Origin: Myxococcales bacterium
GTDB taxonomy: Bacteria; Myxococcota_A; Polyangia; Polyangiales; DASUME01
Length of the DNA: 64,000 nt
Direction: 5' to 3'
Assembly: GCA_047601445.1 (NCBI GenBank)
Contig: JASGJH010000001.1
Coordinates: 2,944,001-3,008,000, forward strand
Positions 37,408 to 47,717 of the stretch are shown here, piece by piece (within the stretch, counting starts at the first letter, position 1; every line of letters starts with the position of its first letter). The translations under genes were made by a program, and so were the position numbers. The notes under the pieces were generated by a model. That model searched no databases. It worked only from the letters and a program-made list of their open reading frames with translations, and was not told the DNA's origin.

Positions 37408-38274
37408 ATGCTTTCCAAGCCCCATGCTCTCCTGTTGCTCCTTGCGACTGGGTGCGCGCAAGCCACCGACAACCACAAGCCCGGCTGGTCTGGACTCTAC
37501 GACGGCGGCGATGGCGATGGCGATGGCGATGGCGACGGAGATGGAGACGGAGACGGAGATGGAGACGGAGATGGCGATGCTCCAATCAAGCCCGTTCGAG
37601 ACGCCGGACGATCGCCCCCCGATGACGCCGGCGGTCCGGACGCGGGCAGCGACGCCGACTCGGGCCCGCCCTCACCTTGCGCCGATGGGGATCAGGATGG
37701 CGTGAGCGACTGCGTCGAGGCCGACGACGGCGACGACTGGACCGACCCCGCGGTGTTCAACGGCGTGCGCGTGCGCTGGCGCCAGCAGTGCAGCAACGTG
37801 GGCGCCTGCAGCGAGAACGACTCACGCAGCAAGGTCGAGGCGTGCATGACGGGGACCGTCCGCGAGGAGAAGGACCAATACGCCGGCTGGGACTGGGAGG
37901 ATCCGCCGGACGACCTGTGCAACGACAAGTACGGGTTTACCCCGGCATGGACGCAGTGCAGCACGGCCTGGCAGGCCCAGTGGCTGGGCTTCGTCCATCT
38001 AAAGGCCGCGGGCCACCACTGCTTCGCCATCGCAGGAGACACTGCGGAAGGGTGCGGCGCGTTGTTCTTCGACGCCGAGGACACCCCGGCCCAGAGCAAC
38101 GCGGCGGCTCGCTGCTACGACGTGCAGGCCGGCGTCTATCCCATCATGTGGCACTACACGATGGACAACGGCTCGCATTCCTCGTTGCACGTGCGCTACT
38201 GCTTCGACACCACCGCCGACTGCACGCCCACGACCGCGCTGCCCGCTTCGCTGCTGCGCGTCACCAAGCCCTAG
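37408..38274 (+). CDS. Cys-rich lipoprotein with (Gly-Asp)n linker and possible PA14-like C-terminal domain
   Basis: Lipobox LATGC; GD run at 37501-37578; DGDQDGVSD Ca-type motif; AQWLGFVHLKAAGHHCFAI...AGVYPI. Confidence 0.75.
   Translation: MLSKPHALLLLLATGCAQATDNHKPGWSGLYDGGDGDGDGDGDGDGDGDGDGDGDGDAPIKPVRDAGRSPPDDAGGPDAGSDADSGPPSPCADGDQDGVSDCVEADDGDDWTDPAVFNGVRVRWRQQCSNVGACSENDSRSKVEACMTGTVREEKDQYAGWDWEDPPDDLCNDKYGFTPAWTQCSTAWQAQWLGFVHLKAAGHHCFAIAGDTAEGCGALFFDAEDTPAQSNAAARCYDVQAGVYPIMWHYTMDNGSHSSLHVRYCFDTTADCTPTTALPASLLRVTKP
37501..37578 (+). repeat. (Gly-Asp)n coding microsatellite
   Basis: GGCGAT/GGAGAY hexamer run. Confidence 0.9.
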
Positions 38275-38284
38275 AGCGGCGAGC

Positions 38285-39271
38285 TCACTCGCGCCAGAAC
38301 AGCTTCCAGGGCTTGTTCTTGAGGTCCTTCAAGAACTCCGAGAAGTCATCGTACATCTCGCCGTTCATCAGCAACTGGCCCACCGTGCCCTCGCCGCGCT
38401 TCATCTCGCCGAGCGCCTTGTTGGCGTCGTTGATGGCGACCTTGGAGCGATCGGCCACGCTGGCGACCGTATCGATGGTGGACTTGATCTTCACGCGCTC
38501 GGCTTCGCCGAACATGTCGTTTACGCTGGCACGCACTTCCTTCACGAGGGGCGTGGCCTCTTGCATCGTCTTGTCCACGCGGTTCACCAGGTTGCGGACC
38601 TTGGGGCCCTCGACGTAGTCCTCGCGCACGTCACGCACGAAGGTCACGGCGTTGCCTGACATGTCCTCCATCTTGCCGACGAAGGCGTCGAGCTTCCCGC
38701 CCTCATCGCCGATGGCCGTGTTGGCGCCCTTGATCATGTCGCCCGCACTGTGGAACAGGTCGGAGATCTCGTCCTTGTTCTCGCGCACGCCCGAGACCAT
38801 GGTGTCGAGCAGCTCGTATCCCATGGCCAGCGCCTGATCGAGGCGCGGCGGATCGATGCCCACCACCAAGCTGTCCGGCGCCAGCACGGGCTTGTCATCC
38901 GAGCCGGGATCGATGGCCAAGAAGGACTCGCCCAGGATGCCCGAGGACGTCACGTAGAAGCGCGCGTCCTGGTGGATGGACTGCTGGACGTCGTCGTTGA
39001 TGCGCACCTGCGCGCGCACGAGCGGGTGCTTGCCCGTCTTGGGTTCGAACTTGCCGCCCAGATAGTGCAGAGCCTGCACCGTGCCCGCGTCGACGCCGGC
39101 GATGCGCACCGCCGCACCGGGCTTGAGCGAGCCTGGATCGTCGAAGTCGACGTTTACCTGGTAGCCGCCCTTGAAATTGATGCCTCCCACGATGATCAGG
39201 AACCCTCCCATGATGACCGCAGCCACCAACAGAAGCAGGCTGACCCTGACCTCCAGCGAAAAGCCCTTCAA
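38285..39271 (-). CDS. MCE/MlaD family protein
   Basis: EVRV-TM; FDDPGSLKPGAAVRIAGVDAGTV; GILGESFLAIDPG; GEGTVGQL; DLKNKPWKLFWRE; TTG start with GAGGAG RBS. Confidence 0.88.
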   Translation of the reverse strand: MKGFSLEVRVSLLLLVAAVIMGGFLIIVGGINFKGGYQVNVDFDDPGSLKPGAAVRIAGVDAGTVQALHYLGGKFEPKTGKHPLVRAQVRINDDVQQSIHQDARFYVTSSGILGESFLAIDPGSDDKPVLAPDSLVVGIDPPRLDQALAMGYELLDTMVSGVRENKDEISDLFHSAGDMIKGANTAIGDEGGKLDAFVGKMEDMSGNAVTFVRDVREDYVEGPKVRNLVNRVDKTMQEATPLVKEVRASVNDMFGEAERVKIKSTIDTVASVADRSKVAINDANKALGEMKRGEGTVGQLLMNGEMYDDFSEFLKDLKNKPWKLFWRE

Positions 39272-39723
39272 GCAGCACCTCTCCTCTAAGTGATCCCGGT
39301 CAAGCCCCCGGGATGAGTGAACTATCCCTAGCGGCCTTCGCAAACTCCGTCCATCGGCTGCTTGTGCCCGCCAGTGAACGAAATCTTGACCCTTCGGCGC
39401 AGGCTATCGCACATGACCGCTTCCAAACCCAAGCGAAAATCTCGACTCTACGGGAAAACCGAAGCGAATCGCGGCGATAGCAGGGTCTCGCGGGAAAGCG
39501 CCCATGTCAGCGGCATGACAGCCGAGGCCCCCCTTCCCCCCGCGAGCGACGTGTCGCGTTCCCCGCGCGTCCCCCGGCGGCTGGCCCCGGTCGGCCTCGG
39601 CCTCGCCACCGCTTGTGAGCCAGTCCACGTAGACCCGTTCCCGGGAAGGAGGCGTTCGGTCCCGACACCAAGTCGCTCGGATTCGGTCACGTCTGCGTCA
39701 AGCGCGTCGGCTACGGCCCGGGT

Positions 39724-40488
39724 GTGAAGGTCGCTGCCCTGTTCGTCGCCGTGCTTTGCTATCTGGGTCCCACGCTTTCAGCCCGGGCCCATCCCGGACA
39801 CGCGGGCTCGGAGCGGCTCATCAAGCTCGACCTGGCGTCGGCTCCGGCCCGGATCGCCTATGGCCTGGTGCTGTCGGTGCAGGATGCCGCGCCACTCCGG
39901 CAGCGGGCCGACCAGAATGGCGACGGACAGGTGAGCGAGGCCGAGGGAGGCGCGCTGCAGGAAGCCCTGACGCGCGAGCTGTTGGCAAACCTTCGGCTGT
40001 GCCAGGGACCTGATCCAAGCGCGATGTCCTGTGCGAGCGCCGAGTCGAGCCAAGTGCTGAGCGCCGTCGCGACGGGCTGGCCCAAGCCCGAGGCGGCGCT
40101 GGCCTTGAGCTGGGAGGTGCAGCTCGAGCTGGCCGAAAACAGCGCGGCGATGCGCGTGGAAGACGCATGGAACCTGGTGGAGGTCGGCTCCACGTCGGGC
40201 CAAATCGAACCGAACCCGGAGCATGTCCTGGCGCGAGCGGGCGCTGAAGGCACGGGGCAGAGCGAGCCGGTGGCGCTCGAGGTGCTGTGGCCGGGCTCGA
40301 GTGTGGCGGATGCAGGGGCCCCGATTCGTCCCCCTGTGGCGCGCGTGTTGTTCGCGGTGTGGGTGGCACCGTCGATCTTCGGCTCCAGCTTGTCGGGACC
40401 CTGGTGGTTGCTGGGCGGGCTCGCATTCGGGGGCGGTGTGGCGACCGCGCTGTTCATGAACCGACGCCGCGACCCCAAGACGCCCTAG
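39724..40488 (+). CDS. Secreted, C-terminally anchored hypothetical protein with EF-hand-like motif
   Basis: Signal peptide ARA|HPGH; ADQNGDGQVSEAE; C-terminal TM followed by RRR. Confidence 0.7.
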   Translation: MKVAALFVAVLCYLGPTLSARAHPGHAGSERLIKLDLASAPARIAYGLVLSVQDAAPLRQRADQNGDGQVSEAEGGALQEALTRELLANLRLCQGPDPSAMSCASAESSQVLSAVATGWPKPEAALALSWEVQLELAENSAAMRVEDAWNLVEVGSTSGQIEPNPEHVLARAGAEGTGQSEPVALEVLWPGSSVADAGAPIRPPVARVLFAVWVAPSIFGSSLSGPWWLLGGLAFGGGVATALFMNRRRDPKTP

Positions 40489-40691
40489 CTGCTCTCGATA
40501 ATCGCGCACGCCTCGTCGAAGGCACGCCCGTCGTCGCGCTGTCGCGGTTGCGGCACGACGCGCACGCAGTGCGCCTTCGAGCAAGCGAAGTGCAACTCAA
40601 ACGCTACCTCCTGTTCGAACGCAATTCGATACAACCCCGGCAGACCTCGGGGCCGTTGTGTGCGGACCCCTGAAAACTAGGGAGACAAGGC

Positions 40692-41726
40692 ATGTCCTTC
40701 ATGAAGTCCGTCGCTTCCTGCACCCTGCTCGTCCTGGCCTCGAGCGGCTGCGCCGACCTCGATGAGTCCGACGTCGGCGAGAACAGCCAGGCCCTCACGG
40801 CCTACGACGTCTACCTCGGCAGCTTCCACGGCCACTCGAACTACTCGGACGGCGACAACCCGCCCCGCGATGTCTTCAACTGGGCCAAGAGCGCCGGGAC
40901 CTTCGACTTCTACATCCTGAGCGACCACGCCGAGCTGCTGACCAACAGCGAGTGGAGCGGCATCGCGAGCCTGGCGGACGAGTTCAACCAGGACGGCGTG
41001 TTCACGGCCATCCGCGCCTTCGAGTACTCGAACCCGCTCAACGGCCACGCCAACGTGTTCAATACCAGCGGGCGCAAGGCCTGGTTCTTGAGCTCCAACA
41101 GCTCCTTCTACGACTGGGTCGATGCCAACAACGGCCTCGGTCAGTTCAACCATCCCGGCGACAACGGCGACTTCAGCAACTACGCCATGGTCGCCAAGGT
41201 CTCGGACAACTTCCGCCTGATGGAGACCGCCAACGGCGGCGACAAGAACCGATCGGGCAAGTACATCGGCTACTACAACTCGTCCCTGGCCAAGGGCTGG
41301 AAGCTCGCGCCCACCGCCAACCTTGACAACCACAGCCTGACCGACTCGGGCATTCGCACGGGCGTCCTCGCCAGCTCGCTGACGCGCGCCGGCGTGCTCG
41401 AGGCGATGCAGGCACGCCGCGTGTTCTCCAGCGACGACCTGTACATCGAAGTGCGCTTCAGCATGGGCAACCACTGGATGGGTGAAGTGGTCAGCCAGCC
41501 TGCCGGCACCGTCACGTTCAACCTGGCGGTCACGAGCGACGAAGTCATCACGAACATGGAGCTCGTCGTGAAGGGCGTCAGCGTGGCTAGCTTCCAGCCC
41601 AACACCGACTTGGCCAACTGGAGCCCTACCCTCAACGTGACCGCCGACACCTACGCTTACGCCAAGGTCACGGAGGCCGACGGTGACGTGTCGCTCTCCG
41701 CGCCCATCTGGATCGACGTCCCCTGA
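40692..41726 (+). CDS. PHP-domain metallohydrolase lipoprotein (CehA/McbA-like)
   Basis: SSGC lipobox; HGHSNYSDG, SDH, FEY, GHANVF, FNHP, LDNH; C-terminal Ig-like SAPIW. Confidence 0.85.
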   Translation: MSFMKSVASCTLLVLASSGCADLDESDVGENSQALTAYDVYLGSFHGHSNYSDGDNPPRDVFNWAKSAGTFDFYILSDHAELLTNSEWSGIASLADEFNQDGVFTAIRAFEYSNPLNGHANVFNTSGRKAWFLSSNSSFYDWVDANNGLGQFNHPGDNGDFSNYAMVAKVSDNFRLMETANGGDKNRSGKYIGYYNSSLAKGWKLAPTANLDNHSLTDSGIRTGVLASSLTRAGVLEAMQARRVFSSDDLYIEVRFSMGNHWMGEVVSQPAGTVTFNLAVTSDEVITNMELVVKGVSVASFQPNTDLANWSPTLNVTADTYAYAKVTEADGDVSLSAPIWIDVP

Positions 41727-41788
41727 GAAAACATCAGCTCCCCGAATCGCATCGTCGAGCGGGGACTGCTGGACGCCGCGGAGCGCGC

Positions 41789-42799
41789 TCAGCTGCGCGC
41801 GGGGTGCCCGATTCCGCGGGTGACCTCGCTCAACATCCCTCGCAACCAGGTGTGCCCGGGTTCCTCCGTGAAGCGCTCGTGCCAGGTCATGTTGACCTGG
41901 TGCACGGAGAGCTTGACCGGCGCGGGCAGCGCCACGAGCTCGAAGTGCTTGGCGCCAAGGTCCGCGAGCGCCGCGGGTGCGGTCAGCACCAGATCGCTGT
42001 GGGCCACGATAGCCAGCGCCGACCCGAAGTGAGGCAAACGCAGCGCGATGCGGCGTGACAATGCGAGCTCCGCCAGCGCGTGGTCGACGGGACCCGGCCC
42101 TTCCCCGCCGGGCGACACCAACACGTGCGGCAGGGCCACGTAGCGCTGCAGGCTGAGCGGCGAGCTCGCGCGAGCGCGGCCTGGCTTCGCGCGCAGCAAC
42201 GGGTGTCCCTTGCGCAGCAGGCAGACCGACTTGTCGCGCAGCAAGGTGCGCTGGCAAAGCCCCGGGGTTCCACCGGCTGAAGCGTCGCCCGGCGGCCCCA
42301 TGCGCGGCACCACGGCGAGATCGAGCTCGCCGGCCTCGAGCTGTTGGCCCAGCGCACGCGGGTTCACGGGCAGCACCTTCAGATCGACACCGGGGGCGTG
42401 CGTGCCCATGCGCGCGAGCAATCGCGGCAGCACCAACATGTCGAACACGTCGGGCGTGGCCAACGCGAAGGCGCGTCGAGAACGGGTGGCGTCGAAGGGA
42501 TCGGGCTGGGCCAACGCGCGTCCCAGCAGCGTGAAGGCGGCGCGTACCGGGGCGATCAAGCTCTCGGCGCGCGGCGTGAGCACCATCCCGGCGAGTCCGC
42601 GCACGAGCAAGGGATCGCCGAACAGCTCGCGCAGGCGCCGCAACTGGTGGCTGATGGCCGACTGGGTAACGCCCATACGTTCGGCGGCGCGGGTCACGCT
42701 GCGTTCACGCGTCAGGGCGTCGAAGACCAGCAGGAGGTTGAGGTCGATCTGGGAAAGGTCGAGCTCTTTGGGATCTCCATGAGCATGAATCGTACTCAT
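41789..42799 (-). CDS. LysR family regulator (NodD/LeuO-like)
   Basis: IDLNLLLVFDALTRERSVTRAAERMGVTQSAISHQLRRLRELFGDPLLVR; WHER...PGHTWLR. Confidence 0.93.
   Translation of the reverse strand: MSTIHAHGDPKELDLSQIDLNLLLVFDALTRERSVTRAAERMGVTQSAISHQLRRLRELFGDPLLVRGLAGMVLTPRAESLIAPVRAAFTLLGRALAQPDPFDATRSRRAFALATPDVFDMLVLPRLLARMGTHAPGVDLKVLPVNPRALGQQLEAGELDLAVVPRMGPPGDASAGGTPGLCQRTLLRDKSVCLLRKGHPLLRAKPGRARASSPLSLQRYVALPHVLVSPGGEGPGPVDHALAELALSRRIALRLPHFGSALAIVAHSDLVLTAPAALADLGAKHFELVALPAPVKLSVHQVNMTWHERFTEEPGHTWLRGMLSEVTRGIGHPARS
42785..42799. promoter_or_regulatory. Putative LysR box (T-N11-A)
   Basis: ATGA-ATCGTAC-TCAT dyad overlapping the LysR start, between divergent genes. Confidence 0.5.
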
Positions 42800-42891
42800 G
42801 CAGTCATTACTACACATCCGTTGATTCATGGCCAGGAGAGGCCCAAGGTCGAGTCGTGGGAGCCGCGAAGGGCTCTCGAGAGGAGGCAGCC

Positions 42892-43563
42892 ATGAAGGTC
42901 TTGGTGGTGGGCGCCACGGGCGGCTCGGGCCGCGCAGCGGTGGCTCAGTTGCTGGCGCAGGGACACGAAGTGACGGCGTTTTGTAGAGCACACAACGCGG
43001 GGTTCCAGCCCTCGCCGCGACTCACCTGCGTGAGCGGCGACGCCACGGACGCCGCGAGCGTAGAGCACGCCGTGATGGGACAGGACGCGGTGGTGGTGAC
43101 CTTGGGCATCACCGAGAACCCCTTTCGGGTGCGGCTGTGGGGGCCGGCTCGGACGCCCCTCGACGTACGCTCCAGGGGCACGCGCAACGTGATCGCTGCC
43201 ATGCGGCGCCACGGCGTGCGCAAGCTCGTGGTACAGACCAGCTACGGTGTGGGCGCGACGCGCGAGCTGCTCGGGACGCTGGACCGCCTGTTCTTCGAGC
43301 TCGTGTTGAAGCCGCAGATCGCGGACACCGAGCTGCAAGATCACGAGGTGAGCCAGAGTGACCTCGACTGGGTGCTCGTACAGCCCGTGCACCTCACGGA
43401 CGAGGAGCACGGCGAGATGCCCTTCGTGTCCCCGCGCGGGGAGACGGCGCAGATGAAAGTCTCGCGGCGCAGCGTGGGGCGTCTGTTGGCGCGGGCAGTC
43501 GACGATCCGAGCCTGGTGCGAACCTCCCTTTCGGTGTCGGGCGCGCGCGCGGCCAGCGCTTGA
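42892..43563 (+). CDS. NAD(P)-binding oxidoreductase (flavin reductase/BVR-B-like)
   Basis: MKVLVVGATGGSG, GDATD, QDAVV, SDLDWVLVQP, VSRRSV; AGGAGG RBS. Confidence 0.9.
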   Translation: MKVLVVGATGGSGRAAVAQLLAQGHEVTAFCRAHNAGFQPSPRLTCVSGDATDAASVEHAVMGQDAVVVTLGITENPFRVRLWGPARTPLDVRSRGTRNVIAAMRRHGVRKLVVQTSYGVGATRELLGTLDRLFFELVLKPQIADTELQDHEVSQSDLDWVLVQPVHLTDEEHGEMPFVSPRGETAQMKVSRRSVGRLLARAVDDPSLVRTSLSVSGARAASA

Positions 43564-43757
43564 GGGGGACGCGACGGGTGCTCACGTGGAGGGCCGAGAG
43601 CAGTGTTCTGGCTCGCAGATTTCGACGGTGCGCGGCGTCGGGGAAGCGCGGAGGAAGTGCGACAGCCTTGAGATCGCTCACGTGAGCGAAGGGACTCCCC
43701 CGGTCACCCCGCGCACGGCGCTTGAACTCTCTCACCGCAGCCTCGACGATCGGCTAG

Positions 43758-44984
43758 TTGTACGCGAACTCCCCCAAGTTTCTTAGCGGCACTCTCGCAG
43801 GAGCCCTGCTGTGCGTAGGGGCATCGTCCGCCTGCGGACGCGTGGGCCTCGAGCTCATGCCCATCGAGAAGAGCCGCGATGCAGGCGACGACCTCACGGA
43901 TAGCGGCGGCGGCGGCGACGGCGATGACCCGGAGCCATGCGTGGCCATCTCGGACAGCGACGCGACCTGCGACGGCGTGGACGACGACTGCGACGGCACG
44001 CGCGACGAAGACTACGCCGTAGCGGACACGAGTCCGTGTGGCGTGGGTTCCTGTCGCGACCGTAGCGTGGTCGCGCACTGCGACGTCGGCGGGCTGCTCG
44101 CGTGTCAGCCGGGCGCTCCGCTCGCCGCGAATGACGCCACGGCCGACGGCGTCGACGACGACTGTGATGGCGCCGTCGACGAGGACACCTGCATGGCCCG
44201 CAGCGAGACCTACGGCGCGGGTTCGCACGTGCTCGCGCGTGGCGGCTGCGGGACCCTCAGCGTGAAGCTCTGGGGCGCGGCGGGCTCCTCGGGCGAGAAA
44301 GGTGGCAACTGGGGCCTCGGCATCAACAACGGCGCAGGTGGCGCGGGCGGCTTCGTGCAAGGCACGTTCTCGGTGGCCTCGGTCGGTACGCTGCGACTCG
44401 ACGTGGGCCAGGGTGGCCAGGGCTGCACGGCCGCGGGCACCAACGCCAACCCGGCGTACGCGGGCGGCGCGGGCGGATCCGCGCACAACGATCCGGGCGC
44501 ACCCGGCGCGGATGGAACCGTGGCTGGTGCGGCGGGTGGTGACGCCAACCCGGGTGGAGATGGCGCGCAAGGATTCTTCGGCGGCGGCGGTGGTGGTGCC
44601 GGCGCCACGCCGCCGTGGGACGGGCCCTATGGCAAGGGCGGAGGCGGCGGCGCAGCCTCGGTGCTCACCCTCGACGCTCAGCGCGTGATCGCGGGCGGCG
44701 GTGGTGGTGGTGGCGGTGTCGGCGCGGACGTGACGACGGCGGGTCACTCGGGCGGTGCCGGTGGTTCCGGCTGCGGTGGCGCAGGTACGGTCGCCGACAA
44801 TACGGGCGGCGGCGGTGGCGGAGGCGGCGTGTGTCAGGGCGGATCGGCGACCCAAGTCGGCACTGGACGCGTGCCCTTCGATCCGGCCGCGGAGCTCCCG
44901 GCGGGCGCGGCGCTCGGGGGTGACACCTCCGCGGAATGCATGGCCGGCGGCGACGGCTGGGCCATCGTCACCTACGGTCCGTGA
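43758..44984 (+). CDS. Lipoprotein with Cys/Asp metal-binding repeats and glycine-rich domain
   Basis: SSAC GRVG lipobox; CDGVDDDCDG and ADGVDDDCDGAVDE; VKLWGAAG...GGGGG glycine-rich domain. Confidence 0.8.
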   Translation: MYANSPKFLSGTLAGALLCVGASSACGRVGLELMPIEKSRDAGDDLTDSGGGGDGDDPEPCVAISDSDATCDGVDDDCDGTRDEDYAVADTSPCGVGSCRDRSVVAHCDVGGLLACQPGAPLAANDATADGVDDDCDGAVDEDTCMARSETYGAGSHVLARGGCGTLSVKLWGAAGSSGEKGGNWGLGINNGAGGAGGFVQGTFSVASVGTLRLDVGQGGQGCTAAGTNANPAYAGGAGGSAHNDPGAPGADGTVAGAAGGDANPGGDGAQGFFGGGGGGAGATPPWDGPYGKGGGGGAASVLTLDAQRVIAGGGGGGGGVGADVTTAGHSGGAGGSGCGGAGTVADNTGGGGGGGGVCQGGSATQVGTGRVPFDPAAELPAGAALGGDTSAECMAGGDGWAIVTYGP

Positions 44985-45008
44985 GGCGCCGGGGCTATCC
45001 TGGCCGAG

Positions 45009-45449
45009 ATGGCTAGCCCCAAGTTCGCCTCCGTCGACGAGTACATCGCGGCCCTTCCCGAGGCTGCGCGCCCCGTGCTCGAGCGCGTGCGAGCGATCAT
45101 CCGCAGGGCGTTGCCTCGAGCCGAGGAATCGATCTCGTACAACATGCCGACCTACAAGCTCGGGGCGGTCGCCGTGATCTACTTCGCGGGCTGGAAGCGA
45201 CACTACTCGCTGTATCCCGTGAACGAGCAGGTGGCGTCGGCGTGCGGAGTCGATCTCGAACGTTACAGCCTCGAGAAGGGGACTCTGCGCTTGCCGCTCG
45301 ACGAACCCGTTCCCGCCAAGCTGATCGCCAGCATCAGCAAGCTGTTGGCCACCAGGGACGCGCCAAAGGCATCGACCTCCGCGCTCCGCCCGACGAGCGC
45401 TGCGAAGGCGAGTGCCGCCCCTCGGACGCGATCGCGCGCCGCGCGCTGA
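45009..45449 (+). CDS. DUF1801 (YdhG-like) protein
   Basis: SVDEYIAALP, AEESISYNMPTY, YFAGWKRHYSLYP, KGTLRLPLDEPVP. Confidence 0.9.
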   Translation: MASPKFASVDEYIAALPEAARPVLERVRAIIRRALPRAEESISYNMPTYKLGAVAVIYFAGWKRHYSLYPVNEQVASACGVDLERYSLEKGTLRLPLDEPVPAKLIASISKLLATRDAPKASTSALRPTSAAKASAAPRTRSRAAR

Positions 45450-45579
45450 TCACGCAAGCCCTGCGTTCGCTGCGCGTGATGCGATCGCCTCGGCGAAGCA
45501 TCGACGCTCGATATATTTACCGAAAGCAGATGACTCGGACATCGAGCGGAAACGCAGTCCCGCTAGCGTTCGAAGGTCT

Positions 45580-47715
45580 ATGGCAAGCGTCCAGCACAAG
45601 CTTCGTGTGGTTGCCTCCGAAGCGACCAAGACGCACTGCCCGTACTGTGCCTTCCAGTGCGGCATGACCGTCACGGCCCACCAGGCCGATGAACGCACAT
45701 TGGCTATTCGGGCTGACCCGGACTTCCCGGTGAACCGCGGCCAGATGTGCATCAAGGGCTTCACCTCGGCCGCCCTGCTCGATCACCCGGCGCGCCTGCG
45801 CAGCCCCAAGCTGCGCTCGCGTGACGGTCGGCTCGTCCCCGCGTCGTGGGATGCCGCGCTCGACTTCGTGGCCGAGCGCCTCGAGCAGATTCGGGCCGAG
45901 CACGGGTCGCAGGCGCTGGGGGCGTTCGGTAGTGGCGCGCTCACCAATGAGAAGGTCTACCTGCTCGGCAAGTTCGTGCGGCTCGTGCTGCGCTCGCCGA
46001 ACATCGACTACAACGGTCGCTACTGCATGGCTTCCGCCGCGGCGGGACAGAACAAGGCGTTCGGCATCGACCGCGGCCTCCCCTTCCCGGTCAGCGACAT
46101 CGCCGAGACCAAGGCCCTGATGCTGTGGGGCTCGAACTGCGCCGAGACCATGCCGCCCATCATGCAGTGGGTCTCGGAGCAGCGCAGCCGCGGTGGCAAG
46201 CTCATCGTGGTCGACCCGCGCCACACCGATACCGCACGCGCCGCTGCCCTCCATCTCCAGCTCACCCCGGGTACCGACCTCGCCCTGGCCAACGGCCTGT
46301 TGCACCTGGCCATCGAAGAGAAGCTGATCGACCTCGCCTATGTCGAGCAGCGCACCGAAGACTTCGACGAGGTCCGGCGCAGCGTGTTGACTACCCACCC
46401 GGCCCACGTCGAGCGCATCACCGGCGTGTCCATCGAGCAGCAGATCGCGGCCGTGAAGCTGCTGGCGGAGGCCGAGAGCAGCATGATCCTCAGCGGTCGA
46501 GGCGCCGAGCAGCAGTCGAAGGGTTCCGACACGGTCCTCGCGCTCATCAACCTGATGTTGGCGATGGGGCGCGTGGGCAAGCCCTTTAGCGGCTACGGCT
46601 GCCTCACGGGCCAGGGCAACGGCCAAGGCGGGCGTGAGCATGGACAAAAGGCGGATCAACTTCCCGGCTACCGGCTCATCGACAACCCCGAGCACCGCGC
46701 CCAGATGGCGCGCTACTGGGGCGTCGAGCCCGAGGCGCTCCCCGGCAAGGGCAAGAGTGCCTACGAGCTGCTCGATTCGCTGGGCCCGGAAGGTGGCATC
46801 CGCTCCCTGCTGGTGTTCGGGTCCAACGTGGCGGTGGCCTCCCCCCATGCCTCCAACATCGTGAAGAAGCTGCGCGCCCTGGACCTGCTCGTGGTGTGCG
46901 ACGCCTTCGAGAACGAAACCTGCGAAGACGCGCACGTGGTCTTGCCGGTGGCGCAGTGGGCCGAGGAGGAAGGCACCATGACCAACCTCGAGGGGCGCGT
47001 GATCTTGAGGCAGCGGGTGCAGGCTCCCCCGCGCGGGGTGAAGACCGACATCGAAGTGATGGGCGAGCTCGCGACTCGGCTCGGGCACACGCGCGGCTTC
47101 CGCTTCGGCTCCACGCTCGAAGTCTTCGACGAGTTTCGCCGGGCGACCGCAGGAGCCAAGGCCGACTACAGCGGCATCACGTACGCCAAGCTGCGCGAGA
47201 ACCAGGGCGTGTTCTGGCCCTGTCCGAGCGAGGATCACCCGGGCACTCCGCGCATCTTCGGCGAGCGCTTCGCCCACCCCTCCGGACGCGCGCGCTTTCA
47301 CGCCGTACCCTACCGCTTGGCGGCCGAGGTGCCGGACGCCGAGTACCCGCTCTACTTCACCACCGGTCGCTACAAGGAACACTACAACTCGGGCGCCCAG
47401 ACCCGCCGTGTGGCGGCGCTCGCGGACGCCAAACCCGAGCCGCGCGTGCAAGTGCACCCGCTGTTGGCGGAACGACTCGGCGTCGCCGAGGGGGATCACC
47501 TGCTGGTGGAGAGTCGGCGCGGCGCCGTCTCCTTTCGCGTGGCCGTGTCGGGCGACATCCGCACCGACACGCTGTTCGCGCCGTTTCATTGGGGCGGCAA
47601 GCAGGCCGCCAACGTCCTGACCATTCCCGCTCTGGATCCGGTGAGCCGGATGCCGGAGTTCAAAATCTGCGCGGTGAGAGCACGCGCTGCGAACGACGGA
47701 AGCAGCAGAGGCTGA
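45580..47715 (+). CDS. nasA: Assimilatory nitrate reductase catalytic subunit (molybdopterin oxidoreductase)
   Basis: THCPYCAFQCG...CIKG 4Fe-4S motif; NIDYNGRYCMASAA; LTGQGNGQGGRE; EGTMTNLEGR; TTGR; DPVSRMPEFK. Confidence 0.92.
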   Translation: MASVQHKLRVVASEATKTHCPYCAFQCGMTVTAHQADERTLAIRADPDFPVNRGQMCIKGFTSAALLDHPARLRSPKLRSRDGRLVPASWDAALDFVAERLEQIRAEHGSQALGAFGSGALTNEKVYLLGKFVRLVLRSPNIDYNGRYCMASAAAGQNKAFGIDRGLPFPVSDIAETKALMLWGSNCAETMPPIMQWVSEQRSRGGKLIVVDPRHTDTARAAALHLQLTPGTDLALANGLLHLAIEEKLIDLAYVEQRTEDFDEVRRSVLTTHPAHVERITGVSIEQQIAAVKLLAEAESSMILSGRGAEQQSKGSDTVLALINLMLAMGRVGKPFSGYGCLTGQGNGQGGREHGQKADQLPGYRLIDNPEHRAQMARYWGVEPEALPGKGKSAYELLDSLGPEGGIRSLLVFGSNVAVASPHASNIVKKLRALDLLVVCDAFENETCEDAHVVLPVAQWAEEEGTMTNLEGRVILRQRVQAPPRGVKTDIEVMGELATRLGHTRGFRFGSTLEVFDEFRRATAGAKADYSGITYAKLRENQGVFWPCPSEDHPGTPRIFGERFAHPSGRARFHAVPYRLAAEVPDAEYPLYFTTGRYKEHYNSGAQTRRVAALADAKPEPRVQVHPLLAERLGVAEGDHLLVESRRGAVSFRVAVSGDIRTDTLFAPFHWGGKQAANVLTIPALDPVSRMPEFKICAVRARAANDGSSRG

Positions 47716-47717
47716 TC

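Noticed and set aside
39420..39720. Cobalamin riboswitch upstream of the His-rich secreted protein
   Set aside because: Fragments (GGGAA, CCGGGAAGG, GAGCCAG) occur but not in the conserved order; an Infernal/Rfam search would be needed
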